Shown one piece after another: positions 24,321 to 39,216 of a stretch of 64,000 nucleotides of DNA. The notes beneath the pieces were generated by a model that saw nothing but the letters and a program-made list of their open reading frames with translations, searched no databases and was not told the DNA's origin. The stretch is from Octopus sinensis (lineage: Eukaryota): the NCBI RefSeq assembly GCF_006345805.1, contig NC_042999.1, positions 86,552,001 through 86,616,000 on the forward strand, read 5' to 3'. The position numbers and the translations under genes were made by a program. Position 1 is the stretch's first letter, and every line of letters begins with the position of its first letter.

Positions 24321-25614
24321 TAACATTACTTAACATTAAAATGCTACGTCTCGTCCTATTCAACCTCATTTCCCGTTTTTTCTTTTATTGCTAAAACTAA
24401 ACTGGAAAAAAAAACACTCTTATAAACAAACAAATAAAACCAAAAATTTACAGAAGCCAAACTTCCCTCCCTACCCCGACTCCCACCCGCTGCTAAAACT
24501 CCAAATGCTTCCAGTAAGTTTTAGTTCACAGATGTCGAACTTCAAACAAAGAATGCCGAGTATATTTAGGTGCAATTGCAGCAGTATGTGAGGAGTCCGC
24601 CATGATGTGTCGACTGGTCATTCATACGGAGTAGTGATCAAAAAATAAAAATAAAATGTGGGAAAAGAAAGGAAAGAAGCAATGGAAGAAAGAAAGAGTG
24701 GAAGAGAACGAAGCAAAGACAGTAAGGAAGAGAGTAAAGAGAAATGTTTCGCCCTTTGTTGTGTGTTTCATAGTGTTTCCCCGAGTGTTCATGTTGAGAA
24801 GCCTTATGGGATCGTGTGGCAGGAGAAAGCAGTGTGCCAAGTGTAAAATAGTGACAGAGAAGAGTCGACCTTAAAATCTCACTTCTTCCCGTGAGATCAG
24901 ACAAAGGAAAATATTAAATGAGACGCAAAAGCTGTTTCTTTTCTCTCTGTGTCTTTGTCCGACTGTCTGTCTGTGCTTTAAACTAGTTAGTCTTTCTTCC
25001 TCACTCCTTCAAATCTTTCATTTTCTTTCTTCTCTCTATCTATTTTCCTCCCCTCCTCCTTCCAGATTATCCCTCCTGCAATGTCTAAGGAGTGTTTTAC
25101 TAATTGAGAGTGCAAAGCAAACAGTGTAGTCGCTTCATAATTTTCATTCAGTCCTTTCACTAAGGTGAACTGTGTGGAAAATATCACGCTTCCCTCTCTA
25201 TCTTCATCTCTCTCACGGCCTCGAAATAAGCTACTCTTTACCTCCACTGTTATTTTCATTTCTCTCTCTCCCTCTTTTTCTCTCACTCTCCTCCTCTTTC
25301 TTCATCTCAGCAAATATCTAACCTCTCTTTCTCTAACACATTTTCTTTCTTTCCGTCTTTTCCCATCCACCCGTCATTCGCCCACTCCACCTTCACTCTT
25401 CTTTTCTCTCTCTCTCTCTCTCTCTCACCCTCTTTGAAAATTCTAACTTTTACCGCATACTTAAAATAGTCTCTGTTGATCAACTGTTCATTTTATTATC
25501 GTTTTGTTCCTTTCTTTCTATCTCTCTCAGTTCCTTTTTCTCTACCTCTCTCTTTTTATATCTATTTATCCATCCTGTTGTGTGTCTGTTCCTGTGTACA
25601 AACACACACATTGT

Positions 25615-25618
25615 TTAA

Positions 25619-25709
<91 letters not shown>

Positions 25710-25732
25710 ATATAGATATATATATATATATA

Positions 25733-25767
<35 letters not shown>

Positions 25768-25867
25768 GTCTGTCTGTCTCTATCTAATCTACCTCTCTCT
25801 CTCTCTCTCTCTCTCTCTCAATCTGTTTTTTTATGTCATTTTGTTTCTCCGTTTCTCTATCTGTCTG

Positions 25868-25940
<73 letters not shown>

Positions 25941-26063
25941 CTGTCTGTCTGTCTGTCTAGCTCTTTATCTATCTGTCTCTCTGTCTATCTATCAGTCTGT
26001 CTATCTGTCTGCCTGTTTGTCTGTCTGTCCATCTGTCTCTCAATCTCTCCTTCTATATGTCTG

Positions 26064-26100
<37 letters not shown>
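25615..26100. repeat. Compound (CTAT)n/(CTGT)n/(CT)n array
   Basis: Visible directly; source of the SIYL/SVCL ORFs. Confidence 0.95.
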
Positions 26101-26101
<1 letters not shown>

Positions 26102-27380
26102 TACTCCATATATCTAACTTATCTATCTGGTTTTTCTTTCATATTCTTTCTCAGATTTCTCTATTTCTCTCTTCCTTTCTTTTCCCAACTATTTACTTAT
26201 CTATGAATCCCACACTCATAATTCTATCCGATTTCTTTCCTCATTCACTTCAGCTTTCTTCTCATCTTTCTTCTTTCTTCCTTTCTTCCTTTCCTTCTAT
26301 TTGACCGTCTATCCGTCTATTTATCTTCTCACCCACGTCCGCCCTTTTCTTTATCTTATATTTTCTAACATCAAAGGATAATTTTCCAGGCATAGAACTT
26401 GATTTTCCAGTACTCTTCCATATTTAGAGCAAAACGTACTGGTTCTTTTTCAGTTGGCGAGTTCCTTTTATCTTTCAATAGCGACTGGATAACTTTGATA
26501 TCGCTATTTAATCTACATCACCCCACTGATTTCTACTTTTTACTCTTGTTCAACGCTTTACTTGCCTTTCAGAACATTATTGCTATGCTTAATTAATATT
26601 ATTAAACTCATAGGCTAATTGCATTAACAGTTATTATAAGATAATTCTGAGTTGTCTTTACGGATTAAGTTAAATTTAATTTTCTTAACGAGTGAATAAC
26701 TAACGTAAAGAATATTTTATTAACGAAATACAGTTTTAATGTATGGGATTGGATGTTAAAAAGCACCGGTGAGGGAACATGAAGTCTTCAGATTCTATTA
26801 GATTCCAGTAGATATTTCAGAAATACGTTACTCGCGACCTGTCATCTTTCAAATAACCATTTAATTTTACCAAGAAAAGAAAATAAACTTAAATTCTGAC
26901 AGCGACTCATAGAAATGCTAAAAAAAGCTGAAAAATAAATAAACACTGTTTTGATCAACTATTTCCTACGTTACAGCTTGGTCCCCTCTCTTTCGTTCTT
27001 TCTCTTCGTGAATTCTTATCCATCTAGTTGTGTCTGTTTCCCTTTCTTTCCACGAACCTCTTGCGCACAGGTCCTATGTGTCTGAATTATATGAGAATTT
27101 ACATTTAGTGAATATTCTTTTGTAATACTTTTGTTCAAATATTAATATCTTTACTTGATTTATTACATAGTTACTAGCATTAGGAATTGAAATTACATGA
27201 CATTCATTTCTTTGTACCTATTTTTCAAAAGGAATTAGTAACGTAAGAGATGTGAAATAGCGACAATCAAAATTCGAAATACTTCTAAAAAAGTTTCCTC
27301 GCCGATACTTTACCACTACTCAACAATGTTGGTGACCCTTATAAATAATAATTTAGAAATCGTAATAACGCATATGTAGT

Positions 27381-27443
<63 letters not shown>

Positions 27444-27469
27444 GTATATATATATATATACACCTACAC

Positions 27470-27760
27470 GTGACGGTGTATATGACCTAGTGTTTAGTAT
27501 GTTGCACTCACGATCTAGCGATCATCGTGATTTCAATTCCAAGACCAGTGTTCTTGAGCAAAAACACTTCATATCACGTTGCTCTGCGATCATTTCGACA
27601 CCTGACTCGTGGTACACAATACACCTGTTCAGATAACGCCGATTTGATGGAGAGACTGAGCAAATGTGCGGCACGAACATTTGATTACTAGGAAGAAATC
27701 ATTTGTGCAGGTCGTTCGACGAAAGCTGATGCTCATACGTTGTCTTCGACGGGAGAGCCT
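27470..27760 (+). mobile_element. Degenerate tRNA-derived SINE (third family)
   Basis: A-box-like TGACCTAGTG, B-box-like GATTTCAATTCC, CTTGAGCAAAAACACTT segment. Confidence 0.55.
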
Positions 27761-27842
27761 ATCATACACACACGTGTGTGGTGTGTATATATATATGTAT
27801 GTGTGTGTGTGTACACATACATTTATACATATGTGTGTGCGT

Positions 27843-27994
27843 GTGTGGTAAGAAACTTGCTTCCCCAAAACATAGTTCCGGGTTCAGTCCCACTATGTGA
27901 CACCTTGGGCAAGTGTCTTCTACTATAACATCGGGTCGACCAAATCCTTGTGAGTGGATTTGGTAGATAGAAACTGAAAAAAATCCATTGTATA

Positions 27995-28025
<31 letters not shown>

Positions 28026-28230
28026 TGTGTGTGTGTGTGTTGTCCCCACGCCAACGCTTAAGAACCGATGCTGATGTGTTTATATTCCTGTAATTTAGTG
28101 GTTCGGCAAAAGAGAACCAAAGAATAATGCTTACAAAGCATAAGTCCTGGGGTCGAGTTCTTCGACTAAAACCCTTTAAGGCAGTGCTCCTGCATGGCCA
28201 CAGTCAAATGACTGAAACAAGTAAAAGAAT
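27843..28230 (+). mobile_element. Family-B SINE (CORE-like segment, internal (GT)n)
   Basis: GGTTCAGTCCCAC B-box-like, CACCTTGGGCAAGTGTCTT, tail GCATGGCCACAGTCAAATGACTGAAACAAGTAAAAGA. Confidence 0.85.
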
Positions 28231-28962
28231 ATACACACACACACACAATTACACAGACACGTGCACGCATATATATGAGAAACTCCGTTAAATACACGTT
28301 AATATCATTAGTCTTTACTTACGTTTCACCATCGTGGCTGTTTGGAACCTCTGCATTGGATGTTCCAAGAGCAATTGCATAACAGATCATCAGGGAACAC
28401 TTCATTGCATTAAATTACTGAGAACTGTTTTCTGTAACATAGCGCAAAAAGTGTTCCTCAATGATCCATTGTGGTTAAACATCCAGTTGGTATCTTTCCT
28501 GTTTGGCTTTTATATTTTGAAATTTTAAAATTAAGTGAAAGTGTCCAAATTTTGTATAGTAATGTAATTTTTCACGCTGGACCTCATGTTCCAGAAAAAA
28601 TTTAGAAAAGTGTTACAGAGGTTTACAGAGGTTTACTGATTGGATAAAAGCTGGCTTTTCTGCATGATAACTTTTATTAGACAAAATGAAAACATGATGG
28701 ACGTTGGAAGAAGTTTTGAAGTTTTAATAAGTATAAATGGATGAAGTCATGTGAAATGTTGGAGCAGGCAATATAAAAAAAACTCTCATTTTTTCTTTTA
28801 GGGGAAAATTATAAAATAACAAACTGTATGTTAAATAAGAACCCGTCAAAAAAAAAACTGCACTGTAGTTCAGTTCATATAAATAATTAATGTATATAAT
28901 AATTAATTAATATATATAATAATTAATAGCAGAAATTCAAAGACGAAATACACTGGGTTAGA

Positions 28963-29075
28963 GTTAGGGTTTTAGTGTTAGAATTAGGATTTAAGGTTAG
29001 AGTTAGGGTTTAGCGTTGGAGTTTAGGGTTGGAATTAGAGGTGTTAGACTTAATGTCTAGGGTTGGTGTTTAGGA
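28963..29075 (+). repeat. Degenerate telomere-like (TTAGGG)n tract
   Basis: GGGTTAGAGTTAGGGTTTTAGTGTTAGAATTAGG...GGTTAGAGTTAGGGTTTAGCG. Confidence 0.75.
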
Positions 29076-29798
29076 TCAGTCCGACTAGTGGGTGACCTGG
29101 TATTAACCCATTAGTAACATATCTTTAGTGAACATTTTTTCAAAAATTTTTCTTAGACAAGTGAATAACAAAATCAGATTCAACATGAAAAATTATATCA
29201 ATATACCAAATTTTTAAAAATCAATTAATTCATTTTTTGTAGTAAATTCAAAAACAAATGTTCAGGATATAGGGTACAGTAGTTTTAAGCAGACAATAGC
29301 TTGGCTTGTTACAATGGAAACAGGCACCAATGTGTCTGTGAATTACGATTGGCTAAAATTACAAATTTTAAAAGCTATTAACTCATTATTTATAAAATGA
29401 TAGCAAAAATGAATTTCATTGCCATTATTAGCATATAAAATTAGATCAATACACCAAAATTGAAATCAATTAGAACAAAATAAAAGGAACTGAAAGTGAA
29501 AAACCAAACAGAAAAGATCCTCCAGTTGCACTGGAACAACCATAATGGTGAAACGTACGTAGGAACAAACAATACTGACTTGTGTTTATCTCCTACATTT
29601 GCTCAGTATATCATAACAAATAATCCTACTAAGTGTATTAGTTGCTTGACCACTAAACTGGAAGCAGACTAGATGATGATAATCTACGTGGAGTTCTAAA
29701 CTTAAGAGTAATAGTCATACGTTTGTTTGTACTCGAAAGATACACTATATAAGTGTGTGTGTAGATACACACACACATACACACACAAACACACACAC

Positions 29799-29883
<85 letters not shown>

Positions 29884-32800
29884 ATAAAGGTATATAAATG
29901 TGTACGTATGTGCATGGTATGTATCCCTGTAAGTAAAGATATGTGACCTAGTAGTTTGGGTGTTTAGTTCAAGATCATAATATCATGGGTTCAATTCCTG
30001 AACCCACGTTGTGGCCTTGAGCAAGACACTCCATTTTACGTTTCTCATCTCCGCTGAATATGAGTATCAGTTCGAATGCTGGTGCAGTTCCCTTTCTCTA
30101 GCTCTAAAATCCTAGATGTGCCACCGGGTCAAAGTGTGGGAGAGTCGAGATTGTATCTATGTCTGCTCGCACCTAAAAATATTAGCAAATGCACGGTTCA
30201 TGTTACCAAGCCGTACTTGTATAATAGCCGATATAGTGGTCGATTGGTTGGTTGGTTGGTTGGTTGGTTGATTGCTCAGTCACTCCTCGTATCGCAGAGA
30301 GAGAATGGGGAGAGAGTAAAAGAAGGGCTACAGAAAGAAAAAGAGCGAGCGAGTTAACATTAGAGGTACAGGATGAATGGCAAGTGATGAGTAAAAGACC
30401 GCCACACACACACACACACACACAAACACAGGCTCATATTGTGTGGAGGAGCAAATGACAGAGTAGTTATGGAAGGAATTATACAAATGAGAAATTTGTT
30501 TGGTTTATCTTTTTATTATTTATTTGTTTCAGTTATTAGGCTGCGGCCATGCTGGGGCATCGACTTGAAGAATTTTAGTCGCACGAATCAACCCCAGTAC
30601 ATATTTTTCTTAAAGCCTGGTACTTATTCTATAGAACTTTTTTGCCGAACCGCTACGTTACACACATATTCTTTTGAAAATTAGTATTCATATCATATTG
30701 TATAAACCCTCAGAAGTCTGATAGAAGTTAAATTATAGCCATTGTATGTTATACCATATTTCCTGGTGTTACATGGTTGGAAAAACTATTTCCAAACTTA
30801 CTCGCCATATTATGGGGAACGCTATATATTTCTCACTAGTGGTAGAAAGAGAGAAAAAAGATATTAAGTGATAATTCTGTTTTAATATCTAAAGAAATAA
30901 AACATACACATATACATTTCATTTCTTTTTTTGTTTTCAATTTTTTTCATTCCGTTTAATATTAAATTTAGTTTTATTCTTTTCACACCACTTTTTGTCT
31001 CTCTTTTCCTACTGTGAAATAGCAATATGGAACAGTAGAGAAGAAGGATATCGATAATTTATAAAGTTAAGCGAAATAACATTAGATAGCATATAACAAC
31101 AGAAATGTAAGTGTCTAATTTTTAAAATATGGCCGAAATATATCTAACACAAGAATTTGTCTCATAAGAACTTGGACTTTAGAACCATAATATAGAAGGC
31201 TAAGTTAGTAGCAGTGATAGTTCTGGGATTTTAAACTATTATTAATCACTGAATAGTAAGCCTTCTCCTATCTCTAGTCTGAGTTATATTCATGTTCATG
31301 TTATTAGAAATATTCTAGTAATTCATTTGATATTAAATCATAAACTTGAGAGAAAAGAAGTAGATTAGTAGCGTCAGTAGAGAGTCACACAAAGTGCCTT
31401 GCCGTATTATGTCTATTTCTGTTGAGTTCAAATCATCCTATTGGAGCTAAATTGTCTTTCCTCCTTCTGGGGTACGGTTAAATAAGTACCAGTCAAGTGC
31501 TAGGGTCGAAATAATAGACTATATCCTCCCCCAAAATATATGACCCTGTGCCTATGTTAGAAATTGATATGGCTGGTGTGTCTCATTTGCAAAGTCTTCG
31601 TATCTCCAGGGAAATAGGATTTACTATATGTGTTCTAAATGTTTAAGATCTGAAAATATTTTAAAACACCTTTTTGCTTGGATGGAGAATTCAAACACCT
31701 GGTGTTTGATGCAACTATCAATGAAACTACAGCAGACATCAATGGCCTAGTGTGGGGTGTATGGGGCGTGCCCACAGCACAAGGCGGCCACTTCATACAC
31801 GTGTATTTGTTGTAGGCGAAAGTATGTTATGTTTAAGGATGTGAGGCGGCCAATTTGACTCCCACACAAGGCGATCAGATCCCACGCTATGGTAGACATG
31901 CCACATATGAAAAGTTTACTTGTAGAGAAATAAAGATACCTCTATTACACATACCACGTATGGTATGAAAGTTTACTTCTAAGGAAGAAAAAAAACCCAC
32001 GATAGTTGTGTAAACGTACCGCGGAAGATATCCTGTAAAGTCATTAACTGGTCTAGAGAGAAACTGACACTTGGAAGTATTTTGACATATTTAAACATCT
32101 CGTCAGTACAGGACACCAGTTTAATGTGGGACTATCAGCAAAGAGATTCTTTTGCTGCTATTCAATATACTATGATGTCGGTATATATGTTTGCCCTAAA
32201 GACAAATCTGACATATGGATGTCGTCATTATTATATCAAGAAGCCATTCATTATCATAATGAAGGTTCGTCAATAGCGAATTAGCAACGTAATATATATA
32301 TGGATGGTGCGACAAGTTTGAAACATTTGAGGCGTAAAGAGGTTTTAAAAGTAACGGAAACGCAGACCCAAAACCCCAAACTTGAAAATGCTCGATATCC
32401 TGAAATACACCCCAGGACCCATTGAATGTTAAAAGATCAAATTGACTGACTTTTGTCATGAAAAAAAAATATATATATATTTGAAATAGATGAGTAAGGA
32501 GAGTATTATTCTGGAAAGTCGCAACTGATCTGACAAGTTTTCTGAATTCAGGAATATATAAAGTTTATAATCACCTGTGTTCACCATTTGGTCAGTGTTA
32601 GCGTATTTAATTAACGTATTTAATTAATAGAACTGTAGAAACATAAACTACAAATAGATACGTCGTGATAGTAAAATAATATTAGTCCATGAATAATATA
32701 TGTATTTTTTTAATCAAAATTCCAGCAATTGCAAGTGAGAACTCCAAACATACTTCAACGAATTTCTAGCCTTTTTCAGCGAGGTGTATATTCTCATTGT

Positions 32801-34724
32801 AGCTGGCCGATTTTGTTGTGAACGAATCTAAAAGAAATATATCAAAAATATGCATTTGTTGGCGTCAGAAGAGAAAATTTTAGAGGATTTTTTTTTTTGC
32901 CATCCGAGTGTTATAAATACGGCATTTCTGAGCAATGACACTTTCCCTCGCTAACATATATAGATTACTGTATATTTACTTATTTATTCATTCACTATTG
33001 ATCTGACTATCTACAGAGAGGATATACTTAGCTGACGAAGCCTCGAAAAACGTCAGGAGTTGCTTCTCGTATTTGCTGGAAAAAAGAAACGAATGAAAAT
33101 TTTTATCAATTGTATTTTTCTCAGCATATTTATTTTTATGTTAAACTTTTAACACTCCATAAATTAAATTTGCTAATATCCATTTAGCTATTCATTTTCA
33201 TCCGGATGGTGTCTCTGAATTGTTTTACGTTACTATACTCCAGATGTATCTCTGAGCAAAACAATTAGATAATACAATATATTTTCAGTTTATGTTATAT
33301 CAAGTTTATTATTTCAAAACAAATTTAAGAATAACAACAAAGTATTTACACTCAGCGTGACTAAATGATAAAAATATAGTTATAGTTTAAGATTTGTGTG
33401 ACGGTTTATTCAGAGAAAACCATCAGCAAGACAAAATGGGAATTTTATAAATATTTCAGTGTATATAGTTTAAAGTTAAAAAAGAAACAGAAAGAACATA
33501 TTTATTTAATACAAGACCGAAGACCCTTGTTCTAATTACTTAAGTTACTCGAAAATCAATATAACTTAGGAACTTTAAAATCTGTAGCTGTAACACACTA
33601 TGTATAGTTCTCTTCAGCAACTAAGTAGTTTTTTAAAATCTATTTCTTTCACTTGTTCTTTCTTTAGAAATTTTCAAGTGGTTTACTTATTTTAATGCAA
33701 ACTGACTAGACTGACAATAAAATTATTTCCAATATTTCATCTTGCCCTTCTTATCGTAGCTAAGTTCGAAAGAACTTAAATCATTGTTTCAGACCGTATG
33801 TCTGTTTCATATAATTTCTTCAGAACTATTATCTGTGCACCCGTAGTGGTAATTCCATCTTGCGGGAAATTCAAGTTTTCGGTTGTTTGAAAGCACTGAG
33901 CTTAATAAACAAATGCTTTTCTTTCTTTCGTTTTTCTTTTTATAATTTATAAATGTTAATTTTCTCAAGTAATACTCGTATATTGTGGTCATATGTAACA
34001 CTATCAAGTAATTTGTAATCCAAACTATATCAGTCTCGATGTTGTTTGAATCCAAATTTACAAAGTAGCATTTTGAGATCATTTAGTCAAGATTATTTCA
34101 CTTCATATTATATTTATAATTGAAATTATCTCAGTTCACATCATACTTGGCTTGGGTGTCGACTATCATAGAACTTGTTTTAAATTTCCCTGGCGTACAT
34201 TTCGGATTTGGGTCTGTCTATGTTTCCTTAGCGTATATTTCCGGATTTGAGTCTGTCTATGTTATCAAAATCATCTGCTTTTCTTTATATGCGCACTTTT
34301 ATAATTGCTACAGTAAAATCCAATCATTCTCTTCTTATTTAATGTTAAATGATATTTATATACACATCCATTCTTGAAAAGCGTACGTCAGTTTCGTTTT
34401 GCTTTCTTCCGAGTTCATTATCCAGTTAAAGCTGTCTGTGTTACAGTTTCGCAAACATAGTCGGCTGGGCGTTACGTATTTAGTACTGTGACGTCATATG
34501 TTTGGTGTATGGCAATAAATACAAAAGGGAAAATATGAATACAATAAATAAAATAAAACTTCTTAATAAATAAATTGTAATAGATATATTTCTACATTTG
34601 CAATTTTTACACTGTTTGTCAAAAGTATTTTTAATTATACATGTATAAAAATTATACATGTAAATTTTAATTATACATGTAATTTCAATTTGCTTAGGGC
34701 TTCAGCAAACCTAGCGCCGACTTT

Positions 34725-35005
34725 AGTCGAGCACATCGATCTCAGGGCTTATTCTTTGTTAGCCTAGTACTTATTCTATCGATCTCTTGAGCCGAACCGC
34801 TAAGTTACGGGGACGTAAACACACCAACATCGGTTGTAAAGCGATGGTGGTGGGGACAAGCACATACACACAAACATACACACACACACATATATATATA
34901 CGACAGGCTTCTTTCAGTTTCTATCTACCAAATCCACTCACAGGGCTTTAGTCGGCCAGAGGCTATAGTAGAAGACACTCGCAGTGGGACTGAACCCGAA
35001 ACCCG
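34725..35005 (-). mobile_element. Family-B SINE
   Basis: Reverse complement of family-B tail, internal (AC)n and head. Confidence 0.8.
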
Positions 35006-35859
35006 TGTAAATTAAATTAAAATATCTTCCAAGTTGGGAGGTAGACTCATTTGAAAGAAATGCGACTGATATTGATATGAGATTCAAGAAAGCTATATTG
35101 AGTTGCAGAGAAATCAAACTGTCCAAGCTAAGTTTAACCATGGTCTCAATAGCTTATGGATAAGTAGTGAAATTACTGAGAAATTCTCATTATTTTGGCA
35201 AGTAAAATTATATTTCATTGTTTTTCCTACTTCTAATCTAATTGAGTCAAGTTTTAGCCGAGTGTCTTTCGTACAATCTAAAGCTCACAATCGCTTAGAA
35301 ATCGTAATTAGAAGCGGTCTTCGCTTGTCTCTAACAATCGCGATTGGGAAAAATTTGCGAAGCTGTATAAGCTACAAGGACCTTACTGATCAAATACTGT
35401 AAAATGGTGATGGGATATACATTTCGTTATTTTGCCAAAGAATTTTAATTTTGTGCTGAAAAGTAATAAATTTTTAAGAAGTTATGAATTTTCTGGGTGT
35501 CAATAGAATCTTTTTTTTTTTCTTTTTGTTACGACTATGATATTGGAAAAATAACGTACGGTTGTTTTACGGAAGCCACAATATATTTTTGCTTTTATGG
35601 AATAGAATAACAGAAAATAAATGTGCAATTAATAAACGCTGAGTTTATTATTAAGGAATCTATTTCGTTAATGATGGAAAATAAGTTACCTTTGAGAATC
35701 TTTTTGTTAATGTTTATTTGTTTGTAGAAACTTTTGTTAAAAACTTTCATTACAAATTATCAGTTTTCAGATATCTATAGAAAAAATTCATGGCAATAAA
35801 ACTAATTTAAAACGATTAATATTTAAAATTTCGTAATTTGACAAATTTTACATGTGACG

Positions 35860-36650
35860 GATATTTGTCATCTTGTTTGCTGTCAACACAACGTTTCGGC
35901 TGATATACCCCCCAGCCTTCTTCAAGTGTCCTGGAGAAATTTCGAACCTGGATTCTCATTCCTAAGGTATTTTCTCGATGTTATTATTATTATTAATATT
36001 ATTCCGGTCACTGCTTGGAATTGAACTCGGAATCTTGGGGTTAGTAGCCCGCGCTCTTAACCACTACGCCATATGCCCGTGAGAAATTTTGGAATGAATT
36101 TTAGGGCTTATAAGTCTAATTTTTCCTATCCTTCCTTAATACCGGTTCCTCTATGCTACTCATATCTACACTCGGTCCCGATTTATCAATATCTTCTCGT
36201 GTCACAGCTTTGCGATGTTCCTCTATTTTGAGTGTCCACTATTTTGAGTGGCGGCATGTTTCACATATGTATAACCTACCACAGCTGCATGGGATGGAGT
36301 ATATGCAGTCTTTGGTCATATTCTCTTCTATTGGTAGTTGTACTCGAAGATATTTGCGAAGTGTTGTATTACTCTTGAATACTGTCTTGATGACATATGG
36401 GCCGCATATCGTTTGTATATTTTCGGAGAGGCCTTCCACATAGGGCAGACAGACTGTGGTCATTTTATGGGTTTCATCCTCTCTTCTCTTCATAATTGGT
36501 GTGGATAGTATGTTTTGGGGTTAGTTGTTGTTTAATAGATTGTCACTTAGCTTGATCATTGTTACTTAATAGATTGTTACTTAGCTTGTAAATAATGTAA
36601 ATAATGTACATAATTCCTCATCTCTCAAATATAGAACTGTATTATCTTAC
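35860..36650 (-). mobile_element. Penelope-like element: GIY-YIG fragment, pseudo-LTR with tRNA-like boxes, (AAT)n and HHR; inverted pLTR tip at the 5' end
   Basis: LPYVEGLSE..IKTVFKSNTTLRK..IYSIPCSCGRLYICETCR..IEEHRKAVTR..KSG; pLTR homologous to 57029-57325; pLTR tail motif GTAAATAATGTAAATAATGTAC present inverted at about 36587-36640. Confidence 0.9.
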
Positions 36651-39216
36651 AAATGTTATTTTTATTAAAAGTTTATAGTTATTTTTTCTTTCTTGAAAAG
36701 TGACCTCTTTCCCCAAATAATCATTTATTACAAAATTGAAGCAAAATAGAAGCAACATTTAAGACTCCTAGGAGGTGGCAGAAAGGGGGAATAAAAAAAA
36801 ATGTTGAAGAACCACAGTCCTACGATATCTTACTTAAGAATTCCAAAATAATATCTCTTATTTCACTATACCATTCATTATTGGATAATATATTTCGATA
36901 TTGCACTAATTTCTTTCAATTTTCCAAAACATACTATCCTCTGTTACTAAAATAAATGATGATTTTCTATTTGTACAAATTCTGTCAAGTTTTATATTCT
37001 CTACAAATACGAAAATGAATAACTTCGTAGATTTCGGTGTCCTAACTCTATAACACCATTGCTTTTTTAAAGGGGTGCGAAAATGGGGCCAGTGAGAGAA
37101 TAAAGCCAATTCTGACAAACAGTAAGCTTAAATATACTTTTGGACAACTTTACTATATTAGACACTATTCTGGTATTGTTGGTTCTTTTGTTACGATTAA
37201 ATGATTCATTATTGTACTTTGTGGTTCCAGTACATCAAATAATCAAACGCTTCAAACCTTATTTGCATGATTCATTATCAAATACTTGTGAATAAGTTTA
37301 GCACTAAATCCGTTCTAAATCCTATTTGTGATTGTTCACGATATTTTCTGAACATTTTTTAAAAATAAGCTAATGTTCAGTCACTGTTCCAATCATCTTA
37401 CTTCTCAAACCGGTACTGTTAATTCAATGAGAAAACTGAAATTACCCTGTAAGTACAATTCTGGTCACATAATAACCGGGAAATATACTGGAGAATAATT
37501 CTTAAGTGAATTTCATTTCTTTGGAGTAAAACGAAAAAATGTTTTCTGGTCCATTATTTTCTTTCTTATTTTTCAAATAATGCATTGCTATTTTCGTATA
37601 TGTTAACTATCTATGGATGTATATCGTTAAAAATTCTAAAACTAATGCTGTGAATTTTGTGGGCTTTGTTTCCGCATTGAATCGTTTAATATATATTCGT
37701 TTTCTATAAAACCTGAATAATGAAGTATCCACCTTTTTTAATAATATTCAGTTTTCTCTTAACTCTTCATTTCTTTCTCATAAGGTTTTACTCATCTTGT
37801 TCTTTACAGTAGGGCAACTTTAACGGTGTTTTTTCTTCTTTTCTCTGTGAAAATGCATGAAATACTCTCAGGGTCATTAGCAAACTGTTTATTCAATATT
37901 CGCCATGTACACGTCAGTTTATATTTGAATGTCTCGGACGTGTATTTAAGTTCATATTTCAGGTTGCACATCCTGTAGCTGAAAGTTTCAAGTTTCTTGT
38001 TCCCAATTCACTTACCCATTTAAAATTCCCTTTTAACGTTTTATATCTGTATTCACTGACTTTATATTTCATGAGCTTTTACTTCATAGCGACATTTTTT
38101 ATTCGAGAATCTGACTCGGTTTTGTTAAGATATTTATTGCACATTGCTTGTGTTCATTTAATTTCGATAATTTTGTAATGCGATCATAATCGCGTATATC
38201 AATATGCTTTAACTTTTCTATTTTATGTTATTTTCAATCTCATTTCTAGCTAAAATTTTTAGTGGTAATATTTATTACTATATCAAGTGTTAGTATGATT
38301 TGATCTTTATACTACTTAACTAAATGGTTTTTTTGTCAACTCGGATTATAAATTTGCTAATTTCATAGAAAACACCCATCTTTCCTATTCGTATGTTCAT
38401 TTAGCATAATTCAAATATCGAATGTCTTAAAGTTGCAGGTTATTTACTATTTTACATTTTATCATTATAATCCATCTCTACTGGAATGTTTTGTGTTCGT
38501 ATTTAGCTATGTTCTATTAGACTTCTGTAATTGTTATGCTTAATACGAGAACCGTTTGGATTGTAACGTATAAAAAAGATGAATGTTTATTTATACCAGA
38601 ACTGGCTGTAGTTAACTGAAAAGAAAATTCAGTTATGTAACTAAATGATTATTTTTTAACAGTTAAGTTAGCTTTAAAATTCTTAATACAGAAACCACCA
38701 AAACGTTAACAAATTTTATGACGTAGTCAGGCAGGATTTAAACCTGTTTTATCGAGAATAAAATTGAGAGATTTGTGGAAATTATACGAGTTGAATATTT
38801 CAGGCAAAATGACACTTAACTAACATGTTTAAGTATAGTTAATTAATTTGTTTTCTACCTAATTTTAGCATAATATTAATGGGTAAGTAGTGGATCCAAT
38901 ATCTTTTTTTTATGTGATTATAATGGTAAGCAAGTTCCGTGTAACATTCATTTGTGAATAAGAAGAATAGTTATTCATTTGTAATCCTTCAGAGTTTATG
39001 TCATTCAACTTTTACTTAGAATAAAAGATATTGAAATAAATTATAATTATTTAGGAGTTTCTCACTACGATGCTTGGAATGATAGTGTATTCTACATTCT
39101 TAACAGCATAGAAAATATAAGAGCAACAACCTTATTTCATTCTATTTGAGTTTACTTCCCGTGAGTATAAACGTATCACCAAATTAACATATGGTTGAAA
39201 TATGCTGCCTACAGAC

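Noticed and set aside
33030-33060. CTGACGA AGCCTC GAAAAACGTC
   Set aside because: Stem II cannot form; at most a very decayed pLTR HHR.
34489-34496. CRE palindrome TGACGTCA in a mildly CpG-rich patch
   Set aside because: A single 8-mer has about even odds of occurring in 64 kb; no other promoter evidence.
36005-36078. tRNA gene
   Set aside because: Has A and B boxes but no closing acceptor stem; treated as a tRNA-derived module, like all SINE heads here.
37750-38230. Possible pogo/Tigger relic on the minus strand
   Set aside because: No motif could be aligned convincingly.
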